Part shown: in pieces, positions 37,588-47,125 of the stretch
How the letters are laid out: each line of letters opens with the position of its first letter
How positions within the stretch are numbered: the stretch's first letter is position 1
Origin: an uncultured Sutterella sp.
GTDB lineage: Bacteria > Pseudomonadota > Gammaproteobacteria > Burkholderiales > Burkholderiaceae_F
DNA length: 64,000 nt
Direction: 5' to 3'
Assembly: GCA_905206365.1 (NCBI GenBank)
Contig: CAJLHF010000003.1
Location: forward strand, 2,589-66,588
Made by a program: the position numbers and the translations under genes
Notes under the pieces: model-generated
The model's input: the letters and a program-made list of their open reading frames with translations, nothing else
Told to the model about the DNA's origin: nothing
The model's database searches: none

Positions 37588-39501
37588 TCAGACCACCGCT
37601 TCGATCTGCTCGGAGAGTTCGAGCCAGCGCATTTCAAGTTCTTCGACCTGAGGCGCCAGTTCGCCGTGCTCGCGGGTGACGCGGGCGACCTCGTCCGGGT
37701 CGGCGCTCGAATAGAGTTCCGGATCGGCGAGTCGGGCGGCGAGCGCCTTCAGGGCTTCGCTCTTGCGGCTCAGTTCCTTTTCGACCTTGTCGAGCTCCTT
37801 TTTGAGGGGTTTGCGAAGTTCGGCAATGCGTTGACGCTCCTGCGCTTCCTGACGACGCGCCTCCTTCTTGTTGACGGAGGGTGCTTCTTTTGCGGCCAGG
37901 CGCTCGGCGCGCTCGACGGCGGCCGTCGTGCGGCGGTGTTCGAGCACGAGTTCGGCGTAGTCGTCGAGGTCCCCGTCGTACTCGTCGACGCGCCCTTCGT
38001 GCACGAGCCAGAGTCGTTCGGTCGCGGCGCGAAGGAGGTGTCGGTCGTGCGAAACGATGAGCACGGCCCCTTCGAAGGTCGAGAGCGCCATCGTGAGCGC
38101 CTCGCGCGTTTCCATGTCGAGGTGGTTCGTCGGTTCGTCGAGAACGAGAAGGTTCGGTTTCTTCCAGGCGATGAGGGCGAGCGCGAGGCGAGCCTTCTCG
38201 CCGCCCGACATCGGACCCACGAGACTCGAAGCGAAGTCGCCCGAGAAACGGTAGATCCCGAGGAAGTCGCGCAGATCCTGTTCGCGCACGTCGGGAGCGA
38301 GTCGCTTCATGTGTTCGAGGGGCGTCTCGTCCGTGCGCAACTGATCGAGCTGGTGCTGCGCGAAGTAGCCGATCTCAAGCCCCTGACCGCGACGGATTTC
38401 GCCCGCCATCAGGGGGAGTTCCCCGACGATCGCTTTGACGAGCGTCGACTTCCCGGCGCCGTTCACGCCGAGAACGCCGATGCGTTCGCCCGAACGAACG
38501 GAAAAACCGACCTTGTCGAGTACGACCCGATCCCCGTAGCCGATCCGCATCGCTTCGGCGTCGACGAGGTGTTCGGGAAGGCGCACGGGTTTCGGAAATT
38601 CGAAACGCCATTCGCGCTTGGCGCGTACGGGCTCGACCGCCTTCAGGCGTTCGAGCATCTTGATGCGCGACTGCGCCTGACGGGCTTTCGTCGCCTTCGC
38701 GCGGAAGCGTTCGATGAAACTCGTAAGGCTCGCCGCCTCGCGCTCGTAGGCGCGGTGGGCCGCGTCCTGAAGCTTCAGCTTTTCGATCCGCTCGGCTTCG
38801 AACTTCGTGTAGTTCCCGGCGTAACGCACGACCGAATGATCTTCGACGGACCAAATGGTCGTCACCGCACGATCGAGAAATTCGCGGTCGTGCGAAATGA
38901 TGAGTACCGTGGCTTCGACGCGCTTCAACCAGTTTTCGAGCCAGATGAGACTGTCGATGTCGAGGTGGTTGGTCGGTTCGTCAAGAAGGAGCAGGTCGGC
39001 GGGACGCATCAGCGCGCGAGCGAGCGCGATGCGGTTGCGCCAACCGCCCGAAAAGTCGTAGACCGATCGGTCGCCGTCCGCCTGCGAAAAGCCGAGACCC
39101 GCCAGAATCGTGCGTGCCTGCGCGACGACGGCGCCTTCGTTGAGTTCCGCAAGGTTCGCGTGCGCGGTGGCCAGTGCCATTTCGTCCCCGGACGCTTCCG
39201 CGGCTCGGAGCGCCGCGCGCGCCGCCATCAGAGGGGCGTGGCCCGAAAGCACGAAGTCGATGCAGGGCATCGGCTCCGCGACGAAACTCTGCGCGACGTG
39301 CGCGATGCGGTCCTGCGGGGGCGTTTCGATGTCGCCCGCCTCCGGCGAGAGCTCGCCGAGAATCGCGGCGAACAGGGTCGACTTGCCGCAGCCGTTCGGG
39401 CCCACGAGGCCGATGCGCTCGCCGGGCGAAGCGACGAGCGTTGCGTGTTCGTAGAGAACGCGAGTGCCGCGGGCGAGGGCGAGATTTTGAAGACGAAGCA
39501 T
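37588..39501 (-). CDS. ABC-F family ATPase (two tandem ABC domains; YheS-like)
   Basis: 637 aa; two Walker A motifs (GPNGCGKST, GVNGAGKST), two ABC signatures (SGGWRNR, SGGEKARLALA), inter-domain linker and charged C-terminal coiled-coil arm. Confidence 0.85.
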   Translation of the reverse strand: MLRLQNLALARGTRVLYEHATLVASPGERIGLVGPNGCGKSTLFAAILGELSPEAGDIETPPQDRIAHVAQSFVAEPMPCIDFVLSGHAPLMAARAALRAAEASGDEMALATAHANLAELNEGAVVAQARTILAGLGFSQADGDRSVYDFSGGWRNRIALARALMRPADLLLLDEPTNHLDIDSLIWLENWLKRVEATVLIISHDREFLDRAVTTIWSVEDHSVVRYAGNYTKFEAERIEKLKLQDAAHRAYEREAASLTSFIERFRAKATKARQAQSRIKMLERLKAVEPVRAKREWRFEFPKPVRLPEHLVDAEAMRIGYGDRVVLDKVGFSVRSGERIGVLGVNGAGKSTLVKAIVGELPLMAGEIRRGQGLEIGYFAQHQLDQLRTDETPLEHMKRLAPDVREQDLRDFLGIYRFSGDFASSLVGPMSGGEKARLALALIAWKKPNLLVLDEPTNHLDMETREALTMALSTFEGAVLIVSHDRHLLRAATERLWLVHEGRVDEYDGDLDDYAELVLEHRRTTAAVERAERLAAKEAPSVNKKEARRQEAQERQRIAELRKPLKKELDKVEKELSRKSEALKALAARLADPELYSSADPDEVARVTREHGELAPQVEELEMRWLELSEQIEAVV

Positions 39502-39507
39502 TTGGGT

Positions 39508-40434
39508 TTAAGCCCCGAAGTAGCGGTCGAGTTCGGCTTTGGTCGCCATGAAGACCTGATCGTCCCCGCCCGAAACGGAGAGCCACGTGAGCTCAAGCCC
39601 CGGGAAAGCGGCTTCGACGGCTTCAAGCCCGTCGCCTACTTCGACGACGATGATGCCGTTGTCGTTCAGGTGGCGGCGCGCTTCGGGAAGGAGACGCCGC
39701 ACGACGTCCATGCCGTCCGCACCCGCACCGAGCGCCATTTCGGGCTCGTGACGGTATTCGGTCGGAAGGCGCGACATCGAGTCCGAGGTGACGTACGGGG
39801 GGTTCGAGATGATGAGATCGAACGTGCGGCCTTCGAGGTTTTCGAAGAGGTCGCCCTGAACGAGTTCGAGGGTCTCTTCGAGGTCGTAGTCGCGACGGTT
39901 GATTTTTGCGACTTCAAGAGCGTCCTCGGAAAGATCGCTCGCCGTGACGGCCGCGTTCGGGAACACGCCCGCGGCGAGAATCGCCAGGCACCCCGATCCC
40001 GTGCAGAGGTCGAGCACGGAGGAAACGGCGTAGGGATCTTCGATCCAGGGGGCGAGGTCTTCTTCGAGCAGTTCGGCGATGTAGGAGCGCGGAATAAGGG
40101 CGCGTTCGTCGATGTAGAAGCGGTGACCGGTGAGCCAGGCTTCCTTCAGGAGGTAGGCGCTCGGGACCTTGTCGTGGACGCGGCGGTCGACGAGATGCAC
40201 GAGGCGAACGAGTTCGTTGTGCGTGAGGGCGGCGTCCTGGAACTCTTCGAAGTGCTCGAACGGAAGCTTCAGCGCGCGGCAGATGAGGAACGAGGCTTCT
40301 TCCCAACTGTCGGGCGAGCCGTGACCGTAGGAGAGATCCGCCGTTTCCATCTCGGTGATGGCCCAGCGGTAGAGGTCGCGGATCGTCTTCAGATTGTGGA
40401 TCGGGTCGTCAAGAAGCGGGGCGATTTCGTACAT
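39508..40434 (-). CDS. prmB: 50S ribosomal protein L3 glutamine N5-methyltransferase
   Basis: 308 aa; SAM-dependent methyltransferase fold with DLCTGSGCLA and NPPY motifs; PrmB-like N-terminus. Confidence 0.85.
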   Translation of the reverse strand: MYEIAPLLDDPIHNLKTIRDLYRWAITEMETADLSYGHGSPDSWEEASFLICRALKLPFEHFEEFQDAALTHNELVRLVHLVDRRVHDKVPSAYLLKEAWLTGHRFYIDERALIPRSYIAELLEEDLAPWIEDPYAVSSVLDLCTGSGCLAILAAGVFPNAAVTASDLSEDALEVAKINRRDYDLEETLELVQGDLFENLEGRTFDLIISNPPYVTSDSMSRLPTEYRHEPEMALGAGADGMDVVRRLLPEARRHLNDNGIIVVEVGDGLEAVEAAFPGLELTWLSVSGGDDQVFMATKAELDRYFGA

Positions 40435-40624
40435 GGATCACTCATACAGATGGGTTGTCGGATGTCGGCGGCAAGGCGTCCGAAGGCGCCTCGCCGCGAA
40501 AGGGCGAACGCGAACGCGTTCGCACGGGCGGGCTAATTATAGATGCGGGGATCGGTTGAGACCGATCCCCGTGGAGGTTTGCGTTGAAAACGCGTCGGAA
40601 GGACTCGGAAAATCCGAGTTCGCC

Positions 40625-41503
40625 TTACCGGGAATTTTTGAGGCGGAACGCGACGGGCAGGCGCAGACGCACCGTGCGTCCCGGCGCTCCCCAGAGCGAT
40701 TCGGCTTTCGTGACGGCGGCCAGCGCCGCGCGGTCGAGCATCCCTTCGCCCGAGGACGTGTGGATGACGAGTTCGGAAAGCCGACCGTCTTTGGCAACCG
40801 TGAACTGCACGAGGGCGGTGCCCTCTTTGCCGAAACGGCGTGCCTTGCGCGGATAGACGAGGTTCGATTCGATGAGACGCTTCACGTCGGCGAGGAACGG
40901 ATCGTTCGTCTCCCCGTGAACGAGCGTCGCAATGCCCGCTTCGCCCGAGGCGGGAGCACCCCCCGTTTGGGGAACGACGCCCGGAGACGGATCCTGCGAG
41001 GTTGCGTTCGCCGGTGTTTCGGGGACAGGTACGGGCTTGGCTTCCTTCTCTTCCTTCGGTGCGGGCGCCTTCTTTTCGACGGGCTTCTCAACCTTCTTCT
41101 CGACGGGTTTGGGCTTCGGCTGCGGTTTGGTTTGAGGCTTGGGCTCCGGTTTCGGCTCGGGCGTCGGAGCGGGCTCGGGGACGACTTCGGGTTCGGGCTC
41201 CGGAGGCGGAACTTCGGGTTGAGGCTCGGGTGTCGCCTCTTTGACGTCCTTTTCTTCGATGTCCATCTCCCGGGGCGGCGCAGCCTCGAGCGCCGGGGCT
41301 CCGGCGGGCGCGGCCGCGCCTGCGATCTGCGCGAACGCGATCGTCATCGGAAGGGGTTCGCCCGCGGGAAGCGGCGCGTTGACCGTCAAACCGAAGAAGG
41401 CGAGGGCGGTGAGCGGAGCATAGACCGAGCAGGCGATCAGGAACGAATGCCGGTGGCGGCGAGCGTCACTGTGCTTTTTCGGCAGCGATGGTGAAGTTTT
41501 CAT
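40625..41503 (-). CDS. tonB: TonB energy-transducing protein
   Basis: 292 aa; N-terminal TM anchor, long Pro/Glu/Lys-rich spacer (EPEPEVVPEPAPTPEPKPEPKPQTKPQPKPKP), C-terminal TonB domain; the start overlaps the exbD stop by 38 nt. Confidence 0.8.
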   Translation of the reverse strand: MKTSPSLPKKHSDARRHRHSFLIACSVYAPLTALAFFGLTVNAPLPAGEPLPMTIAFAQIAGAAAPAGAPALEAAPPREMDIEEKDVKEATPEPQPEVPPPEPEPEVVPEPAPTPEPKPEPKPQTKPQPKPKPVEKKVEKPVEKKAPAPKEEKEAKPVPVPETPANATSQDPSPGVVPQTGGAPASGEAGIATLVHGETNDPFLADVKRLIESNLVYPRKARRFGKEGTALVQFTVAKDGRLSELVIHTSSGEGMLDRAALAAVTKAESLWGAPGRTVRLRLPVAFRLKNSR

Positions 41504-41879
41504 GGCCGTGCGTCTTGAAAAGGTCGATCACCTGGATGAAGCGGTCGAAGGTTGCCGCCTTGTCGATGCGCAAAAGTACGCGCTCTTCGGGCTTCAGGGC
41601 GCCTACGACTTCGTCGAGGCGTTCGAGCTCGTACTTTTCGTCGTTCCAGAAAATGTCGCCCTTCGCATCGATCTGCAGAAGCGCGGGCGCGGCGTCCGCG
41701 CTCGGAGCACTCGCCGAATTCGCCTTCGGCAGCTCGATCGGGATTTCGCCCTTGGCGATGAAGGTCGAAATCGAGAGGACCATCGCCAGAAGGACGAGCA
41801 TGATGTCGATGAAGGGGACGATGTTGAGCGGTTCCTTCTTGGGAATTTCGATCATGCTTCGACCTCCCGGGGCTTCCAA
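41466..41879 (-). CDS. exbD: ExbD/TolR biopolymer transport protein
   Basis: 137 aa; NIVPFIDIMLVLLAMV TM segment typical of ExbD. Confidence 0.85.
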   Translation of the reverse strand: MEAPGGRSMIEIPKKEPLNIVPFIDIMLVLLAMVLSISTFIAKGEIPIELPKANSASAPSADAAPALLQIDAKGDIFWNDEKYELERLDEVVGALKPEERVLLRIDKAATFDRFIQVIDLFKTHGHENFTIAAEKAQ

Positions 41880-42280
41880 CGGGCGGAGAGCACGTTGATG
41901 CGGCGTTGCAGACCGTTGTAGACAATGAGGGTCGGGATCGCGACCGCAAGACCGAGGGCGGTGGCCTTAAGGGCGAGGGAGAGCCCCGTCATGATCTGGC
42001 CTGCGTCGATGTTGCCCGTCATCCCCATGTCGTAGAAGGTGATCATGATGCCGATCACCGTACCGAGGAGTCCCACGTACGGGGCGTTCGAATAGATGAC
42101 ATAGAGCGTCGTGAGATTGTTCGTGAGCGCTTCGTCCCACTCGTCCTTCGTCGCGTAGTGGGAGGGATCGAGCTGCTTGAGAAACATCACGCGTTCGATC
42201 GTGAGCCAGACGGTGACGAACCCCATGAGACCGAGCACGGCGAAGATGATGTAGTCGATGCTTTCTTTAAGAAATTCCAC
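41852..42280 (-). CDS. exbB: MotA/TolQ/ExbB proton-channel protein (short form)
   Basis: 142 aa; conserved LGLLGTVIGIM and LAVAIPTLIVYN helices; first gene of the exbB-exbD-tonB operon. Confidence 0.75.
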   Translation of the reverse strand: MEFLKESIDYIIFAVLGLMGFVTVWLTIERVMFLKQLDPSHYATKDEWDEALTNNLTTLYVIYSNAPYVGLLGTVIGIMITFYDMGMTGNIDAGQIMTGLSLALKATALGLAVAIPTLIVYNGLQRRINVLSARWKPREVEA

Positions 42281-42331
42281 GGTAGGCTCCCGTAATGAGG
42301 ATCGGAAGAGAGTTGAGGATGCAATTCTAAC

Positions 42332-42349
42332 TGATAACTCTTCTCATTA
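42332..42349. promoter_or_regulatory. Fur-box-like site upstream of exbB
   Basis: TGATAACTCTTCTCATTA resembles the Fur consensus GATAATGATAATCATTATC; shares the TAACTGATAAC core with the site at 44683. Confidence 0.45.
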
Positions 42350-42488
42350 CTAAGTGCAGGGATTCGATGTTCGAAAAAAACGGGCTTCCCGTCGGTGTCG
42401 GCGGAAAGCCCGTTCGCAAAGTGCTCCAACGGAAAGAGCGTTCGGGAGAAGGGAGCTCTCCCGGAGCTTTCGGTCGGATACCCGTAAC

Positions 42489-44564
42489 TTAGAAACTGTA
42501 GGTGTAGGACACCCAGAGGTTGCGCCCGTCGACCATGTCGCTGTAGCGGTTCGCGTAGGAGACCTTGCCTCCCGACTCGATGGTTTCCCACTCGGTCGTC
42601 GACTGGTCGAGCACGTTGTTCACCGCCACCGACACGCGGTGGTTTTTCATGAAGGCGTACGAAGCACCGAGGTCGACGATCGTCACGTCGTTGTAGGTGT
42701 CCGAGGTCGGCGCTCCCTTCGTCGAGACGACCGCCATGTCGAACTTCGACGTCGACTTCAGGTAGGCGCTGAAGTTGCCGTTCGCGTAGTCGAGGCGATT
42801 CTGCCAGCTGTGCTTCGGAAGTTCGTTCGGGCGCTTGCCGCTTTTGTCGCCGTCGCGGATTTCGGCGTCCGTCAGGGTATAGCCCGTCGAGAAGGACCAC
42901 CCGTGGAAGCTCGCCGTCTTGAGGAGAACTTCGATACCGCGGGTGCGAACGCTGCCATAGTTGATCTGGACTTGGTCGGCCTTGCCGTCCGAGCCGATGT
43001 GGTCCGCGCCGCTCATGTCTTCGGTCGCGATCATGTTCTTGAAGTCGGTATAAAAGCCCCCGATCGTCAGCTGCGCGGCACGTGCGATGTCAAGCGTCGT
43101 CGAGAGTTCGTAGCTCCAGCTTTCCTCGGGCTTCAGGTCGGGGTTGCCGAACGTGCGGTTGCCCACTTCCGTTCCGCTGAAAGCGCCGTTCGTGAGCTGC
43201 TTCACGTTCGGAGTCTTGTAACCCGCGGAGACACCGCCCTTGAAACTGAGCGCGTCTACGGGTTTATAAACGAGGAAGGCGCGCGGCGCGAAGTGAGCGC
43301 CGAAGATGTCGCTCCAGGTCGCGCGACCGCCCACCGTGGCAATCCACTGCTCGGTCATGAAGTATTCGGACTCAAGGAACGCGGAAAGCACCGTCTGATC
43401 GAGCGTCTGTCCGCGGATGATTTCCGTCTGGTTGTCCTTGAAGGTTTCGTACGTGCCTTCAAGGCCTCCCGTCACCATCATGCTCCCGTAGGCGTCGAGC
43501 TCGACGGGCGAAGTGAATTTTGTCGCGGCCGTGTAGTTCCAGGTCGAGCGGAGCGGATCGTTCCAGGAGCCGCTCGTCGTGCTCGGGACGGCGAGACTGC
43601 CCGACGACCAGGGGTTGAGCGACGTTTGGGTCTGCAGAAGATCGAGGCCGTTCGCCATCACGTAGGTTTCCGTGCGACCGAAGTCGTACGTCCCTTCGTG
43701 AGCGGCAAGAAAGTTGTACTTCTGGTACCAACGGCGCGACTGAATGCTCGAAGAGCTCGTTTGCATGGAGCCGCCCTGAAAACGCGAGAAGTCGCCGTCG
43801 ACGTAGAAGAAATTTTCCGGGTCGACCGTGAGGTTCAAGCGTGCGCCGAAGTTGCCGAGGTAGGTTTCGGTCGAGGAGTGGGTGGCGTAGGTACCGTTCG
43901 GGGCGGTGATTTCGTCCTTGCCCGACTTCTGATATCGGCCGCGCATCGTAAGCGACGCGACGCCTTCCTTCAGGGGGACGCCCAGGTAGAAGCTCGAACC
44001 GCCGCGATTCCCGTACTCGTCGTGCTGCTGGATCGTGCCGTCGATCGTAAAGCTCCCCGTGAGGCGATCGGGGTGACGCTTCGTGATGACGTTCACGACG
44101 CCGCCCACGGCGTCCGAACCCCAGGCGACCGAGGCCGGACCGCGCAGCACTTCGATGCGTTCGATCATGCCGACGGGCGGAATGAAGGCGGAGGTCGGAT
44201 CGAACCCGTTGTCGATCATCGCCGTGCTCACGTTCTGACGCTTGCCGTCGATCATGAAGAGCGTGTAGGCGGCGTCGAACCCGCGGATCGACACCGTGCT
44301 GTTGCCCATCTTCGTTTGCGACACGTCGACGCCCGGAACGTCGCCCACGGCGGAGCCGAGATCGGTGACGGGTTTCGACTGAAGTTCCTTCTCGGTCGTG
44401 ATGGAGATGCTCGCAGGAGCTTCGCGCGTGTCCTGCTCGTAACCCGAGGCGGACACCACGGATTCGTCGAGCGTGGTGTAGGCCGCGTCGGCCGCCCAGG
44501 CGGCGGAAACCGCGCAGGAGAGAAGAGCGAGAGAAAGGACGGGGGTGGTCTTCGAAGTCGTCAT
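42489..44564 (-). CDS. TonB-dependent outer-membrane receptor (siderophore/iron-complex type)
   Basis: 691 aa from internal ATG (signal peptide ending AWA); plug domain with TonB box region; 22-strand barrel; C-terminal ...SYTYSF ending in Phe; the first 48 codons of ORF 42489..44708 are not coding. Confidence 0.9.
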   Translation of the reverse strand: MTTSKTTPVLSLALLSCAVSAAWAADAAYTTLDESVVSASGYEQDTREAPASISITTEKELQSKPVTDLGSAVGDVPGVDVSQTKMGNSTVSIRGFDAAYTLFMIDGKRQNVSTAMIDNGFDPTSAFIPPVGMIERIEVLRGPASVAWGSDAVGGVVNVITKRHPDRLTGSFTIDGTIQQHDEYGNRGGSSFYLGVPLKEGVASLTMRGRYQKSGKDEITAPNGTYATHSSTETYLGNFGARLNLTVDPENFFYVDGDFSRFQGGSMQTSSSSIQSRRWYQKYNFLAAHEGTYDFGRTETYVMANGLDLLQTQTSLNPWSSGSLAVPSTTSGSWNDPLRSTWNYTAATKFTSPVELDAYGSMMVTGGLEGTYETFKDNQTEIIRGQTLDQTVLSAFLESEYFMTEQWIATVGGRATWSDIFGAHFAPRAFLVYKPVDALSFKGGVSAGYKTPNVKQLTNGAFSGTEVGNRTFGNPDLKPEESWSYELSTTLDIARAAQLTIGGFYTDFKNMIATEDMSGADHIGSDGKADQVQINYGSVRTRGIEVLLKTASFHGWSFSTGYTLTDAEIRDGDKSGKRPNELPKHSWQNRLDYANGNFSAYLKSTSKFDMAVVSTKGAPTSDTYNDVTIVDLGASYAFMKNHRVSVAVNNVLDQSTTEWETIESGGKVSYANRYSDMVDGRNLWVSYTYSF

Positions 44565-44682
44565 ATCGGTGGAAACGAAGAGAAGTGCGTCCGCGGTTTC
44601 GGTGAAACGCTGGGGGAAACTGCGGACGTCCGTTAGTCGGGTCGGGAGTGAAGCGCTCCCGTAAGTTGCGACGAAGTGTAAC

Positions 44683-44697
44683 TGATAACCATTCTCA
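44683..44697. promoter_or_regulatory. Fur box upstream of the TonB-dependent receptor gene
   Basis: TGATAACCATTCTCA, 12/15 match to the TGATAATCATTATCA Fur core; ~120 bp upstream of the receptor start. Confidence 0.5.
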
Positions 44698-44820
44698 AAC
44701 GAGAACACGAACTCCCCGCCGAACCTCGCCGAAGGGTTTCAAAACGTCGCCGACTGTTTCTCGGGAAGGACGCGCGAGTTATTGAAATACAAGGGTTTTT
44801 CCATGGATTTGCAGAGGCGT

Positions 44821-44836
44821 ATTGTTGTCTAACAAT
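44821..44836. promoter_or_regulatory. Palindrome ATTGTT-GTCT-AACAAT in the receptor / ABC-permease divergent region
   Basis: Perfect 6-4-6 inverted repeat followed by another ATTGTT half-site; regulator unknown. Confidence 0.3.
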
Positions 44837-44865
44837 GCCATTGTTAAATTGAATCGAGAAAATGT

Positions 44866-44900
44866 AACTAAATACTAATGAGAATAACTCTCAAAATCAT
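44866..44900. promoter_or_regulatory. Second Fur-box-like element, upstream of the fecCD-type permease operon
   Basis: GTAACTAAATACTAATGAGAATAACTCTCAAAATCATT: AT-rich, overlapping partial Fur half-sites (AATGAGAATAACTCTCA). Confidence 0.35.
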
Positions 44901-45015
44901 TCTTCGGTAGAGTGTGGCCTTCGACATCCGTGCCGGGTGACTTCGAGCGCTTTTCGCGTGTTTTCGAACGCTCTCGGGTGCTTCTCTCCGCGCACGACCT
45001 CGACCGTACGAAACC

Positions 45016-46059
45016 ATGACGAGATCCACTTACTGCCTCCTCGCCCTGACGCTTTTTCTTTCGGCGGCCTCCCTGTTCGTAGGCGTGGCCGACATTTCGC
45101 CCGCACAGATTCTCTCGGGCGACGTCGAAGCGCTTCACGTACTCCTCACCTCGCGCCTGCCGCGCCTTCTGGCCGTTCTCTGTACGGGGGCGGGCATGAG
45201 CATTGCTGGCCTCATCATGCAGCAGCTCTGCGCGAACAAGTTCGTTTCGCCCACGACGGGGGCAACGATCTCCTCGGCGCAGTTCGGGATTCTTCTCGCG
45301 CTTCTCTTTTTGCCCGATGCGGGCATCTGGGGCCGTGCGCTTTTTGCGTTTGCGGCCGCCATGCTCGGCACGTGGGTCTTCGTGTGGTTCGTGATGCGTC
45401 TTCCGATGAAGGACGTTGTCCTCGTTCCGCTCGTCGGGATCATGTTCGGGAACGTGATCGGCGGTATCACGAACTTCATCGCCTTCCGCTTTGACATGAC
45501 GCAGGCGCTTTCGACCTGGATGGTCGGGCACTTCTCGCTTGTTCTAAAAGGCAACTACGAGCTTGTCTGGCTCGCGCTTCCTCTCATTGCGCTTGCTTTC
45601 GTCTTTTCGAGCCACTTCAACATCGTCGGCATGGGGAAGGATTTCTCCCGAAACCTCGGCGTTCGCTACGAAACCGTGCTCTTTTTGGGGCTCAGTATCG
45701 CCGCGATGATCACGGCCGCGATCGTGACGGTTGTGGGGGCCATCTCCTACATCGGTCTCATCGTCCCCAATGTCGTGAGCCTCTTCAAAGGGGACAACCT
45801 CAAGGCGACGCTAGCCGACACGGCGCTTTTCGGTTCGTTTTTCGTGCTTTCGTGCGACCTTGCGGGGCGCCTCATCATTGCGCCTTACGAACTTCCGATC
45901 GAACTCATCGTGGGCTCCGTGGGCAGTCTCCTTTTCATCGGGCTCATCTTCTACCGCCTGCGGTTCGGTCGTCGCTCGCTCGATCGCGACGCGCTTTTGA
46001 AGCTTTTCGGTCTTACCCGGGACCGCAACCCCAACCTTTGCGGAGGGTGCCGCCAATGA
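45016..46059 (+). CDS. Iron-siderophore ABC transporter permease (FecCD family)
   Basis: 347 aa; ~9 TM helices; FecCD-family conserved region (PRLLAVLCTGAGMSIAGLIMQ). Confidence 0.9.
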   Translation: MTRSTYCLLALTLFLSAASLFVGVADISPAQILSGDVEALHVLLTSRLPRLLAVLCTGAGMSIAGLIMQQLCANKFVSPTTGATISSAQFGILLALLFLPDAGIWGRALFAFAAAMLGTWVFVWFVMRLPMKDVVLVPLVGIMFGNVIGGITNFIAFRFDMTQALSTWMVGHFSLVLKGNYELVWLALPLIALAFVFSSHFNIVGMGKDFSRNLGVRYETVLFLGLSIAAMITAAIVTVVGAISYIGLIVPNVVSLFKGDNLKATLADTALFGSFFVLSCDLAGRLIIAPYELPIELIVGSVGSLLFIGLIFYRLRFGRRSLDRDALLKLFGLTRDRNPNLCGGCRQ

Positions 46060-47105
46060 GTGCCATGGAATCCGTTCAGTCCCTCGAACCCGTCCGGTCC
46101 GTTCACGCCCCTAACGGCACCGACGCGGAAAGCGCCGTCCGTGCACGCTCGCGCCGCATCGCCGTCGGCATGGCGGCACTCGCCGCGGCGACGTTCGTGG
46201 CGGTCCTAGCCTACCAGTTTGCGTTTGTGAACCCGAAGTATTTCGAGTACGCGATGAGTCTGCGTTGGCCGCGCTTGGCCGCCATGCTCACCGCCGCCTT
46301 CGCGATTTCCGCGGCTTCGCTCGTCTTTCAGACGATCATCCGCAACACGATCGTGACGCCGTGCCTTTTGGGCATGAATTCGCTCTACGTACTCGTTCAC
46401 ACCGGGGTCTTCTTCTTTCTCGGTGCGGGGAGCGCCTTCGCGACCGATCCGCAGCTCGCCTTTCTCCTCGATCTCGTTGTGATGGGCGTGGTGGCGACGG
46501 TTGTCTACAACACGATTTTCGAAAAGACGGGCGGGAACGTCCTTTACGTCCTTCTGATCGGTACGGTCCTTTCGACCTTCTTTTCGAGCGTGCAGTCGTC
46601 GATCACCCGCATCATGGACCCGAACGAATACGACGCGCTCTTGACGAGCCTCGTCGCGAGCTTCACGAACGTGAACGCGTCGGTACTCGTGCCGGGCGTG
46701 TTCCTTCTTGCGGCAATCGGGATTTGGCTCCGGCGCGATCTTGCGATTCTCGACGTCATCGCTCTCGGGCGAGATCCCGCCGTGAGTCTCGGCGTCGACT
46801 ATGAGCGCACCGTGCGCCGCCTGATGACGGGCGTGGCGCTTTCGATTGCCGTCGCGACGGCGCTCGTAGGGCCCCTTTCCTTCCTCGGCCTCATCACCGC
46901 GAACCTCTCGCGCCGGATCTTCCGCACGTACCGCCACGACGTGCTGATCGCAGGGTCGGTCTTTGTGGGGATGTTCATCCTCACGGCCGGGCAGTTCCTC
47001 GTCGAGCACGCCGCGAACTACAGCGTCCCCGTGAGCGTTTTCGTGACGATCGGCGGCGGCATTTACTTCCTCTACCTCATTCTTACGACGACCCGTACCC
47101 GCTGA
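46056..47105 (+). CDS. Iron-siderophore ABC transporter permease (FecCD family), second subunit
   Basis: 349 aa from ATG overlapping the upstream stop (ATGA); FecCD-family helices; the upstream 68 codons of ORF 45852..47105 are not coding. Confidence 0.85.
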   Translation: MSAMESVQSLEPVRSVHAPNGTDAESAVRARSRRIAVGMAALAAATFVAVLAYQFAFVNPKYFEYAMSLRWPRLAAMLTAAFAISAASLVFQTIIRNTIVTPCLLGMNSLYVLVHTGVFFFLGAGSAFATDPQLAFLLDLVVMGVVATVVYNTIFEKTGGNVLYVLLIGTVLSTFFSSVQSSITRIMDPNEYDALLTSLVASFTNVNASVLVPGVFLLAAIGIWLRRDLAILDVIALGRDPAVSLGVDYERTVRRLMTGVALSIAVATALVGPLSFLGLITANLSRRIFRTYRHDVLIAGSVFVGMFILTAGQFLVEHAANYSVPVSVFVTIGGGIYFLYLILTTTRTR

Positions 47106-47125
47106 ATGTTGACAGGAATTTCGAC

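Noticed and set aside
37243-40536. 1097-aa ORF on the plus strand
   Set aside because: It is antisense to the ABC-F ATPase and prmB genes. It is a long open frame owing to the scarcity of stop codons in GC-rich DNA.
44565-45015. Possible cobalamin or other riboswitch upstream of the TonB-dependent receptor
   Set aside because: There is no B12-box (GCCACTG-like) or other conserved riboswitch core. The region is better explained by Fur-box-like promoter elements.
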